A DNA stretch of 64,000 nt, from positions 12,524,001 to 12,588,000 of the forward strand of contig NC_043008.1 of assembly GCF_006345805.1 (NCBI RefSeq), written 5' to 3'. The DNA is from Octopus sinensis. Taxonomy: Eukaryota. Positions 25,956 to 38,733 of the stretch are shown here, piece by piece (positions within the stretch are counted from its first letter, which is position 1; each line of letters begins with the position of its first letter). The translations under genes and the position numbers were made by a program. The notes under the pieces were generated by a model. The model saw only the letters and a list, made by a program, of their open reading frames with translations. It was not told the DNA's origin and ran no database searches.

Positions 25956-26421
25956 TTAAAGGAAGTTATGAAGTTCGTAATCTGAGGAAATATGCTTTAG
26001 CCAATGGTCATCATTTTTTGAACTGGAGATTAACTTTATGATACACAGGTATCCCTTCGTCTCTTAATTACATAAACACCCGAGAAAGCAAGATAAACTT
26101 CAGACAAGCGAACCTGTAGGCTTAAGACGTAATTTGTTTTAAATTTTTATTTTCGTGTACATACATATCTCTCTCTCTATATATATTTTTACCTAAATAT
26201 ATCGATAATCTTATGCACTTCTCATTCAGACCAATTCACTTGCTCAGTGTGTTGTGTTCAGATGTTGATCAAGTATTTTTGTTATCTATTTAATTCCTAA
26301 TAGAATTATCAATCTTATTGATAAGATATTTATGATTATCACAAAATTATTACTCATTATCTTGATTGTGATTGCTGTTTATAATTCTGTTAATTATTGT
26401 TGATATTGTTATTGTTGCTGA

Positions 26422-26472
<51 letters not shown>

Positions 26473-27201
26473 CATTATTATTATTATTATTATTCTGTGA
26501 CTATGAACAGCTTCAATAAATCCCTGGCCTGACAGTTCTGTGGTTGGTGGGTGCGGCTGGCTTGATACATAAACTCAACAGGCATGATTCCACTGTCAGC
26601 TAGGCTTTTGGTCCTAGACATGCGTAGATCTACAACGTACTTCAGTCAGAACATTTTAATATGTGGATGACTTGTAGACTTATGTTTTTGCTGCTAATGG
26701 TGCATGTAGAATGGATCCAGCTATCAGCCAAATCTTTCATGCGTATCGACCCTCTGCCCGCCTTTCATCGGGAAAAGTTAAACAATTTTCCTCTATCTTC
26801 TGGTGGTGATGGTGAAAATATTGTATGGGGGACACATTTCAAAGGATAGAAGGCATTTTTGCTTTCAACATATTTTTTTTTATACATAAGTCCTTTAGCT
26901 CTTGGAGATAAGGTCAAACAATTGTCATGCTAACGAGGACTAATGAGCCAGAAACATGTCCAAGACTGTTTTCTTATCTCCAGACAATAAGCCTCTCCTT
27001 TTCCTTCATGGTATTCTTTTCTTCTTTTCTTCTTTTACTTGTTTAAGTCATTTGACTGCAGCCATGCTGGAGCACTGCCTTGAAGGGTTATAGTCAAACA
27101 AATCTATCCCAGGGCTTATATTTTAAGCCTAGTACTTATTCTATCAGTCACTCTCACTGAACCGCTAAGTTACAGGAAATGTAAACACATCAACACCACT
27201 T

Positions 27202-27346
27202 ATTTACATTATTTACATTTGACAGATATTTATCCTCATCTTGTTTGTTGTTAACACAACGTTTCGGCTGATATACCCTCCAGCCTTCAATAGGTGTCAC
27301 GGGGGAATTTCGAACCTGGGTTCTCACTTCTAAGGTATTTTTCCGA

Positions 27347-27400
<54 letters not shown>

Positions 27401-27630
27401 TATTATTATGCCTGGAATCGAACTCAGAATCTTGGGGTTAGTAGCCTGTGCTCTTAACCACTAAGCCCATGGGCATTAGAACCCAGGTTTGAAAATTGCC
27501 CCAGGACACCTGATGAAGGCTTGAGAGTATATCAGCTGAAACGTTGTGTTAACAACAAACAAGATGAGGACAAATATCCGTCAAAAGTAAATAATGTACA
27601 TAATTCCTTATCTCTTAAATATAGAACTGT
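27202..27630. mobile_element. Family H head-to-head inverted dimer with 13-bp TSD
   Basis: Minus arm about 27202-27469; axis GCCCATGGGC at 27465-27474; internally deleted plus arm to 27630; TSD ATCAACACCACTT / ATCAACATCACTT. Confidence 0.8.
27505..27550 (+). ncRNA. Minimal hammerhead motif (right arm)
   Basis: GACAC-CTGATGA-A-GGCT..AGCT-GAAA-CG-TT-GTGTT; the left-arm copy at 27253-27298 (-) has a mutated core (CTATTGA). Confidence 0.55.
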
Positions 27631-28699
27631 ATCAACATCACTTGTTAATCAATGAAATGGGAACAAAGACATAAAGACACACACAGACATATACATGGTG
27701 GGCTTCTTTCAGTTTCCATCTACCAAATCCACTCTAAGGCTTTGGTCAGCCCAAGGCTATAGTAGAAAACACTTGCCCAAGGTGCCACACAGTGGGACTG
27801 AACCCAGAACTATGTGGCCGAGAAGCAAGCTTCTTACCACACAGCTGTTCTTAATTCCTGAGATCATCTCTCTTTCTCAACTGGAATTGGTCTTAATTGT
27901 CATTTGGTAATTATGATACATTCTCTAGAGGTGGAAATGATATTTAATAAATGAAGAATTTATGTTACACGGCATTTGACATATCCCTATATTTGTCTGT
28001 TCTTCAAATTCCTGCCAGTAGTCAACTTTGATTAATTTCTTTAGAGGATCATTTCCATTTAATTTTTGTTTCTCTAGACTAGTTGTCTTCAAATTCCATC
28101 CACTTGAAAATAAAAGTCAGGTGGAGAGAAAAACCGATGCCACCCTTTAAGAAATTTGCTCAAAAGTTGAGGAGGGTGGTAACAATGACCCACATGAAAT
28201 GGCATGCTCTCAGCATGAGCTAGTAGTCTGGAAACTGGAGAACCCAGCTGTGAGAGGGGCCTGGATTAGTGGAGTTTATTGTTTACCTGTAGCTGATTGC
28301 CAACTTCTTAAAACATCTCATTTCATTTCTTTTCAATTCTGATCTTTCTTTTTCTTTCCAATGCCTGTTATTTTCATAATCAATTCTCTGTAAAAACTCA
28401 TTACAAAAAAAAACTCATTAATTTATTTTAGTTTATTTTTTTTTATGATATCTCTTTATCTGTCTTACTTGTTCTTAATAAAAGAAACATAAAAAAAATA
28501 ACAAAAACGATCATTATCATTATTATTGTTGTTGTTGTTATTGTGACAAAATTTGGTGGAAATTTCTCTGCAAACTTAGTTTGTAATTCCGTGATATTCT
28601 TCTATTTGGTGCCATTTCGTTAACGATTTCATTAATGATTTTGGAAATCCATGAACGCTACTTCTTCCTAAATTCTTCATTTTGGTATTTGCAGCTACA

Positions 28700-29115
28700 T
28701 TCTCTTTTACTTGTTTCAGTCATTTGACTGCGGCCATGCTGCAGCAACCGCCTTTTTTTAGTCGAGCAAATCGACCCCGGGACTTATTCTTTGTAAGCCC
28801 AGTACTTATTCTATCGGTCTTTTTTTTTGCCGAACCGCTAAGTGACGGGGACGTAAACACACCAGCATCGGTTGTCAAGCAATGCTAGGGGGACAAACAC
28901 AGACACACAAACACATACACACACACATATATATATATATATACATATATACGACAGGCTTCTTTCAGTTTCCGTCTACCAAATCCACTCACAAGGCATT
29001 GGTCGGCCCAGGGCTATAGCGGAAGACACTTGCCCAAGATGCCACGCAGTGGGACCGAACCCGGAACCATGTGGTTGGTTAGCAAGCTACTTATCACACA
29101 GCCACTCCTGTGCCT
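28700..29115 (-). mobile_element. Family-A SINE, young full-length copy
   Basis: Nearly identical to 22730-23160. Confidence 0.9.
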
Positions 29116-29426
29116 GATTGTTTACGATTGCTACCTTAAATTAGTTACATGCCTTCATCCCCCCCCCCCACACACACACACACATGCAGTGAATTTGGTA
29201 TGATACATCAGAGGAAGTATGAAAGCAGAGAGCTCAATTGAAATTGAATAAGTTATAACAACATGGTGTTATTAGATTATTCTATTTATATTTGATCAGT
29301 AACGAGACTTGATTTGGAAGGAGACAGAGAAACGAAGGAAATTTATAAGTATGTGTGTGTATATTATTATTATTATTATTACTATTATTATTACCCACAT
29401 GCACATATATCGATATAAATAGGACC

Positions 29427-29427
<1 letters not shown>

Positions 29428-29472
<45 letters not shown>

Positions 29473-29520
29473 CATCTATCTGTTTATCTGTCTGTCTATC
29501 TATCTATCTATATCTATCTG

Positions 29521-29567
<47 letters not shown>

Positions 29568-29660
29568 GTCTTTCTATTTATCTATCTATATGTCTGTCTT
29601 TCTATCTATTCATCTATTTATATATCTATCTTTCTATCTGTTCATCCTTCTCTATCTATT
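29428..29660. repeat. (TCTA)n microsatellite
   Basis: Visible directly. Confidence 0.95.
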
Positions 29661-29887
29661 CATGCTTGCATTCATAATTAAATACAGGGCACCATACGTA
29701 ATACGTTTGGTTGAACATCATTTGCAAGAAATCAAAGTTATCCAAATAACAAGAAGTAAATTACTTTGGAAAGAAACAAAATGCCAGCTACTTTCACTAT
29801 TTAAAAACCCATGTGTTCATTAGTTGCTCTGTTTATAAGATATATATATATATATTCTTTGTAAACTAACTTTAGTCATAGTGACCT

Positions 29888-30060
29888 TAGTGGTTCTCAA
29901 CCAGGACTCAAATGGTCCCTGAAAGTCCATATAATATTTTTAGGGGTCCATGTAATAAAACAGTTAATTGGGGGGCCACAATAGTATATTATGGGCCCCT
30001 GAAAATATTTTGTTTTAGGTGCATGTATTGATATGTATTGCAAGAAACAGCTGGGTTTCT
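29888..30060 (+). mobile_element. hAT/Charlie-like MITE left end
   Basis: Begins TAGTGGTTCTCAACC and contains GGGGTCCA motifs. Confidence 0.55.
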
Positions 30061-30149
30061 TTCTCGACAGGCGAAATTACACTATGCATTTTTCCCAATA
30101 TGCTAACGATTCTGTCAGTGTGCTAACGCTTCTTCACAATAATGATAAT

Positions 30150-30476
30150 GTCCAAGAAGGAAGTAAAAAATATTCGACATATGTAATCCTCTAAAACATG
30201 AGGTCAACTGATGATGGAAAACATCAAAAGGTGAAAAGAGCGTGAATTATTTTTGAGTCCTTGGGGACAGCATCGGAAGATGACAAGAGGAATATAAAGG
30301 AAATTGAAATAGGGTGCCCAGGAGAGCTTGCTACAAATTGTTTATCTCCTGAGCATGGCCAGAATCACCCGGAAAGTATTAGTTGAAAAGAACAGATGGC
30401 ATGTTACTTTTGGCTACAAGTACCAAGCTTGCTAAACATGCAAGACTCCAGGAGTTCCAAAAAAATCTAAGTTAAA
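30150..30476 (+). mobile_element. Decayed R4/Dong-like 3' end
   Basis: Frameshifted ..SLGTASEDDKRNIKEIEIGCPGE..ARITRKVL; 3'UTR similar to 5107-5183; (AAT)n tail. Confidence 0.6.
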
Positions 30477-30514
30477 ATAATAATACTAAAAATAATAATA
30501 ACAATAATATTAAT

Positions 30515-30570
<56 letters not shown>

Positions 30571-30590
30571 TGATGATGATGATGATGATG

Positions 30591-30817
30591 ATCCTTTTAC
30601 AAGGCCTGAAATTTTGGGGGATAGGTAAAGTCGATCACATTGATCCTGGTACTTGACTAGTACTTTATTTATCGACCCTCAATGGACAACAGGCAAAGTT
30701 GACCTTGTCGGAATTTGAACTCAGAACTTAAGGACAGACAGAATGCTGCAAATCATTTTGCTCGGCATTCTAACGAATTTGTCAGCTCCTTATCTTATAA
30801 TAATGATAATAATAATA

Positions 30818-30883
<66 letters not shown>

Positions 30884-31118
30884 TGATGATGATGATGATG
30901 ATGATCCTTTTACAAGGCCTGAAATTTTGGGGGATAGGTAAAGTCGATCACATTGATCCTGGTACTTGACTAGTACTTTATTTATCGACCCTCAATGGAC
31001 AACAGGCAAAGTTGACCTTGTCGGAATTTGAACTCAGAACTTAAGGACAGACAGAATGCTGCAAATCATTTTGCTCGGCATTCTAACGAATTTGTCAGCT
31101 CCTTATCTTATAATAATG

Positions 31119-31120
<2 letters not shown>
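30591..31120 (-). repeat. Direct tandem duplication (period 313) of a family-B SINE plus microsatellite
   Basis: 30591-30810 appears identical to 30904-31123. Confidence 0.9.
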
Positions 31121-31169
<49 letters not shown>

Positions 31170-31490
31170 GAAAATTAAAGGTTTCTGTAGAGTTGTTTTC
31201 AATCTAAATCAATTTTGCATCCTCTACTTAGTGAAAATGGAGCAATTAGAACTGTCTTTGTTAACACCAAAAACTGTTAATGTCTTAATGATTAAAGACA
31301 ACTGCCATCTTTTGACTGCAGCTGATGGCCGTGTGGCAAATAACCTTGTGAAGACAAATTTACCATTTCCCCCACTAGAATAACTCTCTCATTTTAGTAA
31401 AACTAAGATTTGAGGGTTAAGCATTGCAAGATATTATACATATTCATAAACAAGATATTGTAACTAGTGTCAATGATATTGAAGAATGTT

Positions 31491-32020
31491 AAGGTGGCGA
31501 TCTGGCAGAAATTTTAGCATGCCGGGTGAAATGCTTAGCAGTATTTCGTCTGCCGCTACGTTCTAAGTTCAAATTCAGCCGAGGTCGACTTTGCCTTTCA
31601 TCCTTTCGGGGTCAATAAATTAAGCACCAGTTATGCACTGGGGTCGATATAATCGACTTAACCCGTTTGTCTGTCCTTGTTTGTCCTCTCTGTGTTTAGC
31701 CCCTTGTGGGTAGTAAAGAAACAAGTATTTCGTCTGCCGCTACATTCTGAGTTCAAATTCCACCAAGATCGACTTTGCCTTTCATCCTTTCGGGGTCGAT
31801 TAAATAAGTACCAATTACGCACTGGGGTCGATATAATCGACTTAACCCATTTGTCTGTCCTTGTTTGTCCTCTCTGTGTTTAGTCCCTTGTGGGTAGTAA
31901 AGAAATAGGTATTTCGTCTGCCGCTACGTTCTGAGTTCAAATTCTGCCGAGGTCGACTTTGCCTTTCATCCTTTCGGGGTCAATAAGTTAAGCACCAGTT
32001 ATGCACTGGGGTTCGATGTA
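31491..32020 (+). mobile_element. Family-B SINE tandem trimer
   Basis: GTATTTCGTCTGCCGCTAC..GCACTGGGG three times, period about 185. Confidence 0.88.
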
Positions 32021-33005
32021 AAAAAAACTTTATAAGAGGTGTTGAAAGTGTCATCCTTCACTTTCAATACATAAGTTGACTCGTCCTTCTACACATGTTT
32101 TGAAATACATTTTGGAGAGTCTGACGTGGTATGGACTGTGTGGAGGTTATGATTGAATCTTTTAGCTTGTTAATGGTTTTCATGCAATTCTTGTATCATT
32201 TCGCCCGGTGTGCTAACGTTTATTCCAGCTCACCATCTTCAATCTATCAATCTATCTATCTATCTATCAATGTATCTATCTATCTATACACACACACGCA
32301 CACACACTTGCACACAAATATACACACACACACACAATGGATTTCTTTCAGTTTCTGTACATGAAATCCACTGATGACACTTTGATCAACATGGGGCTAA
32401 GGTAGAGGTGCAATTTGCCAGACAGTGCAATTGAACCAAAGACTCCATAGTTTGGAGACAAGCTTCCTAACCTCTTAGCCATTCTTACACTTTGATGCAG
32501 TAGATCATAGTTTTACAAAGCGAAACAAAAATCAGAAAAAAAAAAATTTTTTTCATTTTATCAAAACTTTGGTGTTGTTACTAAAATTGATTATTACAAC
32601 TCCTTTCCAATAATCTTTTGACAAACGCTAGAAACTTTGAAAATTATAAAACAAAATCATACCCATAATGTTACTCGGATAATTTTCTTTAAATAAGGGA
32701 GAGTGCATGATACATATTAAGAAATGTGAATTAGTAAGCTTAAAAAAATAGGGACAAACTTTTAAAAATGAAATATCTTTATTTGCGAAAATTAATCTTG
32801 ATTGGCAATCTTCAATTCTCAGTCATAACCAGTCTCACTGTTTGCTGCTTTGTTCTGTGGAAAACTTGGGAAATTTTGCACACTAGAATATAGTTCCAAA
32901 ATATGGAATGCACCGTCAAATCTATAAAGAAAATTCTGAACGATTTACATTTTCGAAATGGAATTGAAATCTTTCTATCCATTAAGAGGTAATATTTATT
33001 CCTTT

Positions 33006-33255
33006 GTGGATGTGTGTGGCTTAGTGGTTAGGGTGTTGAACTCATGATCGTAAGGTTGTGGTTTCGATTCGTGGACCGGGCGATGCGTTGTGTTCTTGAG
33101 CAAAATACTTCATTTCACGTTGCTCCAGTCCACTCAGCTGGCAAAAATGAGTAATCCTGCGATGGACCAGCGTCCCATCCAGGTGGGGAATTTCTACACC
33201 ACTGAAACTGGGAAACCGGCCCTTATGAGCCTGGCATGGCTCAAGAAAAAACATT
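33006..33255 (+). mobile_element. tRNA-derived SINE related to family C
   Basis: TGGCTTAGTGGTTAGG..GTTTCGATTC..GATGGACCAGCGTCCCATCCAGG; relatives at 18220-18345 (-) and 49912-50125 (+). Confidence 0.8.
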
Positions 33256-34432
33256 TATTTTTTATCTATTCCTACAAAGGCGGCAAGCTAGCAGAATCAT
33301 TAGCATGCCAGGTGAAATGCATAGCAGTATTTTGTTTTTTGGAAAATTTATGGATCATCTGTGACATCTATAAGGAATGTCTTGCTTCATAAAATGTTTT
33401 GATTTATGTGTCTCTGGTCGTGTCATACTGATGATTTCTAATAAGAATGAAATGGTACCTTACAGGATTATCTATGATTAGAAATTTTAAGAACTTTGTA
33501 GTAAGAAAACAAAGGTTAAATATGTATATTCTATGTATTTTCTTCCTTGAACTCAAATTTAAAATTCCAACTTCTACTCCTGACAAAATTCGTTTGAAGA
33601 TGAATTTTTCCTTTACAATAACAACCCACCGGGAGCATACCACACAATTTCAACAACATCTCTTCATTTATGCACAATTCTTTTTTATGAGAACTGATGA
33701 ATTGTTTGAGCACACACACATACACACACACAGACACATCGTATGACTTTTGATCTTTTGGAGTCCAAGGTGAACAAGTACCTACGTTCACTAATGTTAA
33801 TGGTTTCCTTCATTTCGGTACTTTTATCAGTTCTTTTATTACCACCTCCAATTTATTTCATTTTATTAGCTCCTTTATTGTAGTCTCATTTACCATATTT
33901 TACTGTCATCACTTATTTTATTACCTTGGCATAGTATTTCATTTAAATCTTTTATCATTTATTATATTACCATCTTTTATTTATTATCTTAAAATATGCA
34001 TGCTTATATGTGGGCCCTCCTGGGGGAAAATTCAAATGAAGAAAAACTGTTGCTGCAATATCAATAGTAATTATGAAAAATATTCTAACTTTTGGTATTG
34101 TCTTCTTAATTTGGTCTTAATTAGAAATATTTTCTTTGTATCTAAGTTACATAAAAAAAAGACAAATTTTTGGTGGCATTGAGGTTAAATGAGAGGAATG
34201 GTTATATGAGGAGATAAAATACTTTTCACTATTTAGTTCCATTCCTCTTGGAGTCTCTGTTCAGCTAAGTTCACCTTTCTTATCATATTTTAAGAGACAA
34301 TGGTTACAATATACATGAATCACAAGGTAGTATCTCATCTCTTGTGTGAAGAAAAGATCCATTATATTTCGTTAACTTTCATTTTCTTACATCATCATCA
34401 TAATCATCATCCCAGTAATAAAACTAATTATC

Positions 34433-34462
<30 letters not shown>

Positions 34463-34463
<1 letters not shown>

Positions 34464-34685
34464 AGGTGGTGAGCTGGCAGAATCGTTAGCACGCTTGATG
34501 AAATAAATGCTCAGTAGCACATTTCGTCTGTTTTTACATTTTGAGTTCAAACTCCACTGCTGTCAGCTTTGCCTTTTATCCTTTCGGGGTCGAAAAATTA
34601 AGTACCAGTGAAACATTGGGGTCAATGTCACTGACTAGTCCCCTCACCCAAAATTTCAGGCCTTGTGCCTTTAGTAGAAAGGATC
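34463..34685 (+). mobile_element. Family-B SINE flanked by (ATT)n
   Basis: ATTATTAA|GGTGGTGAGCTGGCAGAATCG..AGAAAGGATCACTATTATT. Confidence 0.82.
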
Positions 34686-34687
34686 AC

Positions 34688-34719
<32 letters not shown>

Positions 34720-34821
34720 GAAAACTCACAGCTTATTTTGCTGGGTTTGATGAAAAGTGTCAGCTGTCTACAGCCAGCAGACTAATGGGACTCTATCATT
34801 ATTATTATTATTATTATTATC

Positions 34822-34985
34822 ATTCAGTAGTTTTATTTTTATAGCGTGCTTTCACTTCACTACCGAGCGCAGCTCTGTGTGCCTTGGGTATGTGCTGTGA
34901 TTTGTTGTGATGCTCTGATGGTTATTGTATGGAAAGTGTTCTGCGTAGGATGTGTGCAGTGCCTAGTAGTGCAATTTTCTGTATG

Positions 34986-34990
<5 letters not shown>
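34822..34990 (-). mobile_element. 5'-truncated R4/Dong-like 3' end, second family
   Basis: NIQKIALLGTAHILRRTLSIQ* plus 3'UTR; (AAT)n on both sides. Confidence 0.8.
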
Positions 34991-35034
<44 letters not shown>

Positions 35035-35355
35035 GTGAGAGAGTAGTGCATGCCATCAAAGTGAAACTGGAGTAAAATATACAAAGCCCAGTATACCCAC
35101 CAGGCACATGTATCAGAACCATTTCTGCATGACATGGTGATCTCATATCAAGATTAACAGTGCATGACCTTGCAGGTGGGGCCCAGTTAGAATTTTCTTC
35201 AGGTCGAGTAGCCCATCCCACTCAAAAGATCCCTGAATAAGGGTCGCTTAAGGATGTTTGAACAAGACACCTATGTTTCTAGATCTGAATTATCCAATCC
35301 CCAAAGATGTTCTCTCAACAGATGGCTATGATGCTACCCCACTACTTCTGCTTGT
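35035..35355 (-). mobile_element. (AAT)n-tailed retroelement 3'UTR
   Basis: Ends CACTTTGATGGCATGCACT.CTCTCTCACT.AATAAT; shorter copies at 38577-38650 (+) and 47626-47790 (+). Confidence 0.65.
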
Positions 35356-35899
35356 GTCAGACAAATAAGTATCTTGCATTAGAGAAAAACCAAAAAAATA
35401 CTGGGATCAATTCATTCCCTAAAATTCTTCAAAGCAGTGCCCCAGCATGGCCACAGTCTAATGACTGAAACAATTATAAGACAGATGGTAAAACGTGTCT
35501 GCACATTACGTTAAAGATCTTGATTTTGATCCCAGAAAGCGGCATACCATTATCATCCTTAATCTGCTTCATGCGATGTTATGCGAGAATGGAATGTTAT
35601 CAACCCCTTATTTTATGGGTGAACTGAAATCATATATATGGCTCCCAGAAGATTTTTCGCTGAAATTTATATCTATCACTTGAATTACTGCATCCTGTTT
35701 TTGTTAAGATTATTTTTTGGCATCAGGGTTTTTTTTTTTTGCCTGCATTTCATTTTTTTTTGTTTTTTCTTTATGAATGTCTCTTCCATACATAGGGAAT
35801 ATTCTTAACTATACAGAAAGTAACACAATATACTCGCACACCCCTTGATAAATTCTTGGTTTCGTGAGTATACATACAAACATGCTGTCACACATACAA

Positions 35900-36017
35900 A
35901 CACACACACACATTCTTACATAGACTTACTCATACACATGTAGGCCCACACACATATATACACTCACTTACATTCTCACAATGTTACACTCAATTGCACA
36001 CATATTAACAAACATCA

Positions 36018-36048
<31 letters not shown>

Positions 36049-36168
36049 TCATTCACTCACTTTTACATTGACTTATACTTACTCATACACATGTAGGCAC
36101 ACACACATATATACACTCACTAACATATGCACAATCTTACACTCACTCACATGCATATTCACAAACAT

Positions 36169-36200
<32 letters not shown>

Positions 36201-36480
36201 CATACACACACACACACATTCACTCACTTTTACATAGACTTACTCATACACATGTAGGCACACACACATATACACACTCACTAACATACTCGCAATCTTG
36301 CACTCACTTGCACACATAATCACAAATATCACACACACACATACACACACTCATTCACTCACTTTTACATAGATTTATTCATACACATGTAGGTACACAC
36401 AAATATATACTCACTAACATACGCCCATTCTTACACCCACTTTCACACATATTCACAAACGTCACATACAAACGTCAAAC
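35900..36480. repeat. CA-rich higher-order minisatellite, about 4 units of 135-165 bp
   Basis: ACTTACTCATACACATGTAGG.ACACAC..ATATACACTCACT recurs four times. Confidence 0.8.
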
Positions 36481-37239
36481 ACACATATCCTTACTTACAC
36501 ACGTGCCCACACACTCATGCACACAAACACCCATTAAATGGCAGATGTATAGAACTGGAACACTTAAAAGAAGAAAAAAAAACCATGTAATCGAAGCACA
36601 AACAAGTTAAAACAAACAGAGAAAGTAAAACCATTTCGAGCTATGAAATCATTGAGGATGCAAACCCTTTGAAAACAGACCTGAAACATGCAAAACTAAA
36701 ACAAACAAACAAACAAACAGACAACAACAACAACAGCAGTAGTAAAATCAAGCATGATCAACAAAAGCCAAACCAGAAACTACATCAAGGGAAAACCAAA
36801 ACTAGAACAACAGCGCCAAAGAAATTATGAAAACCAGAGCAACCTCAAGCAGAATGAAATTATATCTATGTGCTCTGATTAGAAGGGAATGATACTTATA
36901 TATATCGTATATGTGTGTGCATAGATAGAAATTTATAATGTTTCCCATATTGCAGTATCAAATTGATAGGTGTATCTATAAATGATTATAAAAACGGAAA
37001 AAAGTTGGAAATATGCATAAAAAATAGCTTCCAAATTGCACGTTTTTATTTCCTTTCACCCTGAAATTTATTCTGAATGTTCTAATTAGAAATAAAATTA
37101 TCAATTTGGTGGAAAAATTTTAACGTTATTTTTCTTTTATGCGAACATTATTTGATATACCGATACAAGCATGAGTAGTACGATGCATAAAACCGTTCCG
37201 AAGGTTAGTCTGTAAATGAAAATTCTTCATTCAAGTCTA

Positions 37240-37615
37240 GTTTGATTCCCTGCCACATGGTTCCAGGTTCAGTCTCACAGCATGTTACCTTGGGCAAGTT
37301 TCTTCTAGTACAACCTCAGGCTAACCAGAGCCTTGTGAGTGATTTCGTCAAGGGAAACTAAAAGAAGCCTGTTGCATAGATGTAATTGTGTGTGTGTGTG
37401 TGTGCACATGTGCGTTTGTCATCCACCATTGCTTGACTACCAGTGTGAGTATGTTTGCGTCCCCCGTAACTAAATAGTTTAGCAAAAAGAGACCAATAGT
37501 AAATGTACCCGGCTTAAAAAGAAAACAGTTAGTACTGAGGTTGATTCATTCATATCTTCAAGGTGTTGGCCCTGCATGGCCGCAGTCTAATGATTGAAAC
37601 AAGCCAATGAAATAG
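37240..37615 (+). mobile_element. Family-A SINE, diverged
   Basis: ACCTTGGGCAAGTTTCTTCT core; GCATGGCCGCAGTC tail. Confidence 0.78.
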
Positions 37616-37841
37616 CTAAAAGAAAATCTCCATGAATTCAACACCTGATGAAGAGCAGAGATCAAATTGATCGAAACAATGTGGAGAATTTAAATATATC
37701 GCAAAAGAGGAAGTTAACAGTCTGATTCAATGGCACCAATTGGGTGGAACCAAAATGACTATACCAAAAACATCACATACCCTACTTCATCCCATCCTTT
37801 CTGGTCTCTTTCAGTATATTCTTACAATGAATATCTTTGAA

Positions 37842-38047
37842 CCCTTTACCGTTAAGATTATGCTAATTTATTCATGTTGTTTTGAATTAATCATGCATTA
37901 TCTTCTGGCTTATAGATTGTCATAGTGTGATCGCTTATATTTAGAATGGCATTGTAGGATAGGTGTGAGAAGCCAGATCTGGTCAGTTTGAACATGAAAC
38001 AGGTAGAATATTTAGGGTGGATATGACCAGTTTGAATGCTAGAGGGT
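37842..38047. mobile_element. piggyBac-like MITE (family of 2270-2792, opposite orientation)
   Basis: CCCTTTAC..AATGCTAGAGGG ends; internal match to the reverse complement of 2270-2355. Confidence 0.65.
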
Positions 38048-38475
38048 TGAAGTCAATTGTGATTGTAGGCCTGCTTGCTCAGGGCTGACCTGGAGCTAAA
38101 TAGCAACAACTAATATGAGTCTTATAATATGATATCTGTGTATAAGCAGGCTGACAACATTTCCTAATAACCATATACAAGTATATATAGATAAATAAAT
38201 ATATACATATATACACACATATACATATATCTGTATATATATATACATATATATACAGATATATACACACATATATACATATATATATACAGATATATAT
38301 AACATATTTTTCTCATATATATATATATATATTTATATATACGTATATATGTATACACTCACACATGCACAAACACTCACATACATGGTGGAATTTGAAC
38401 TCAGAACATTAAGGCAAATGAAATGCCTCTAAGGATTTTGCCTCGTATGCTAACAATTCTGCCAGCCTGCTGCCC

Positions 38476-38527
<52 letters not shown>

Positions 38528-38698
38528 ATACAGATAATGATAATGATGATGATGATGATGATGATGATGATAATTCTCATGATGGTATATCGGGCTTCGT
38601 ATATTTTACCCCACTGTCACTTTGATGGCATGTCCCACTCTCTCACTCAATAATAATAATAGTAATAATAAGACTACTACTACTACTACTACTACTAC

Positions 38699-38733
<35 letters not shown>

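Larger units (their letters stand above)
27030..27845 (-). mobile_element. Family-A SINE split by a family-H insertion
   Basis: SINE stops at about 27201 and resumes at 27631. Confidence 0.8.

Noticed and set aside
26495-27010. Possible LINE 3' fragment on the minus strand next to (ATT)n
   Set aside because: No diagnostic motif could be recovered
36500-36680. Minus-strand acceptor (ttttgcatgtttcag) at 36681
   Set aside because: No convincing donor outside the CA repeat
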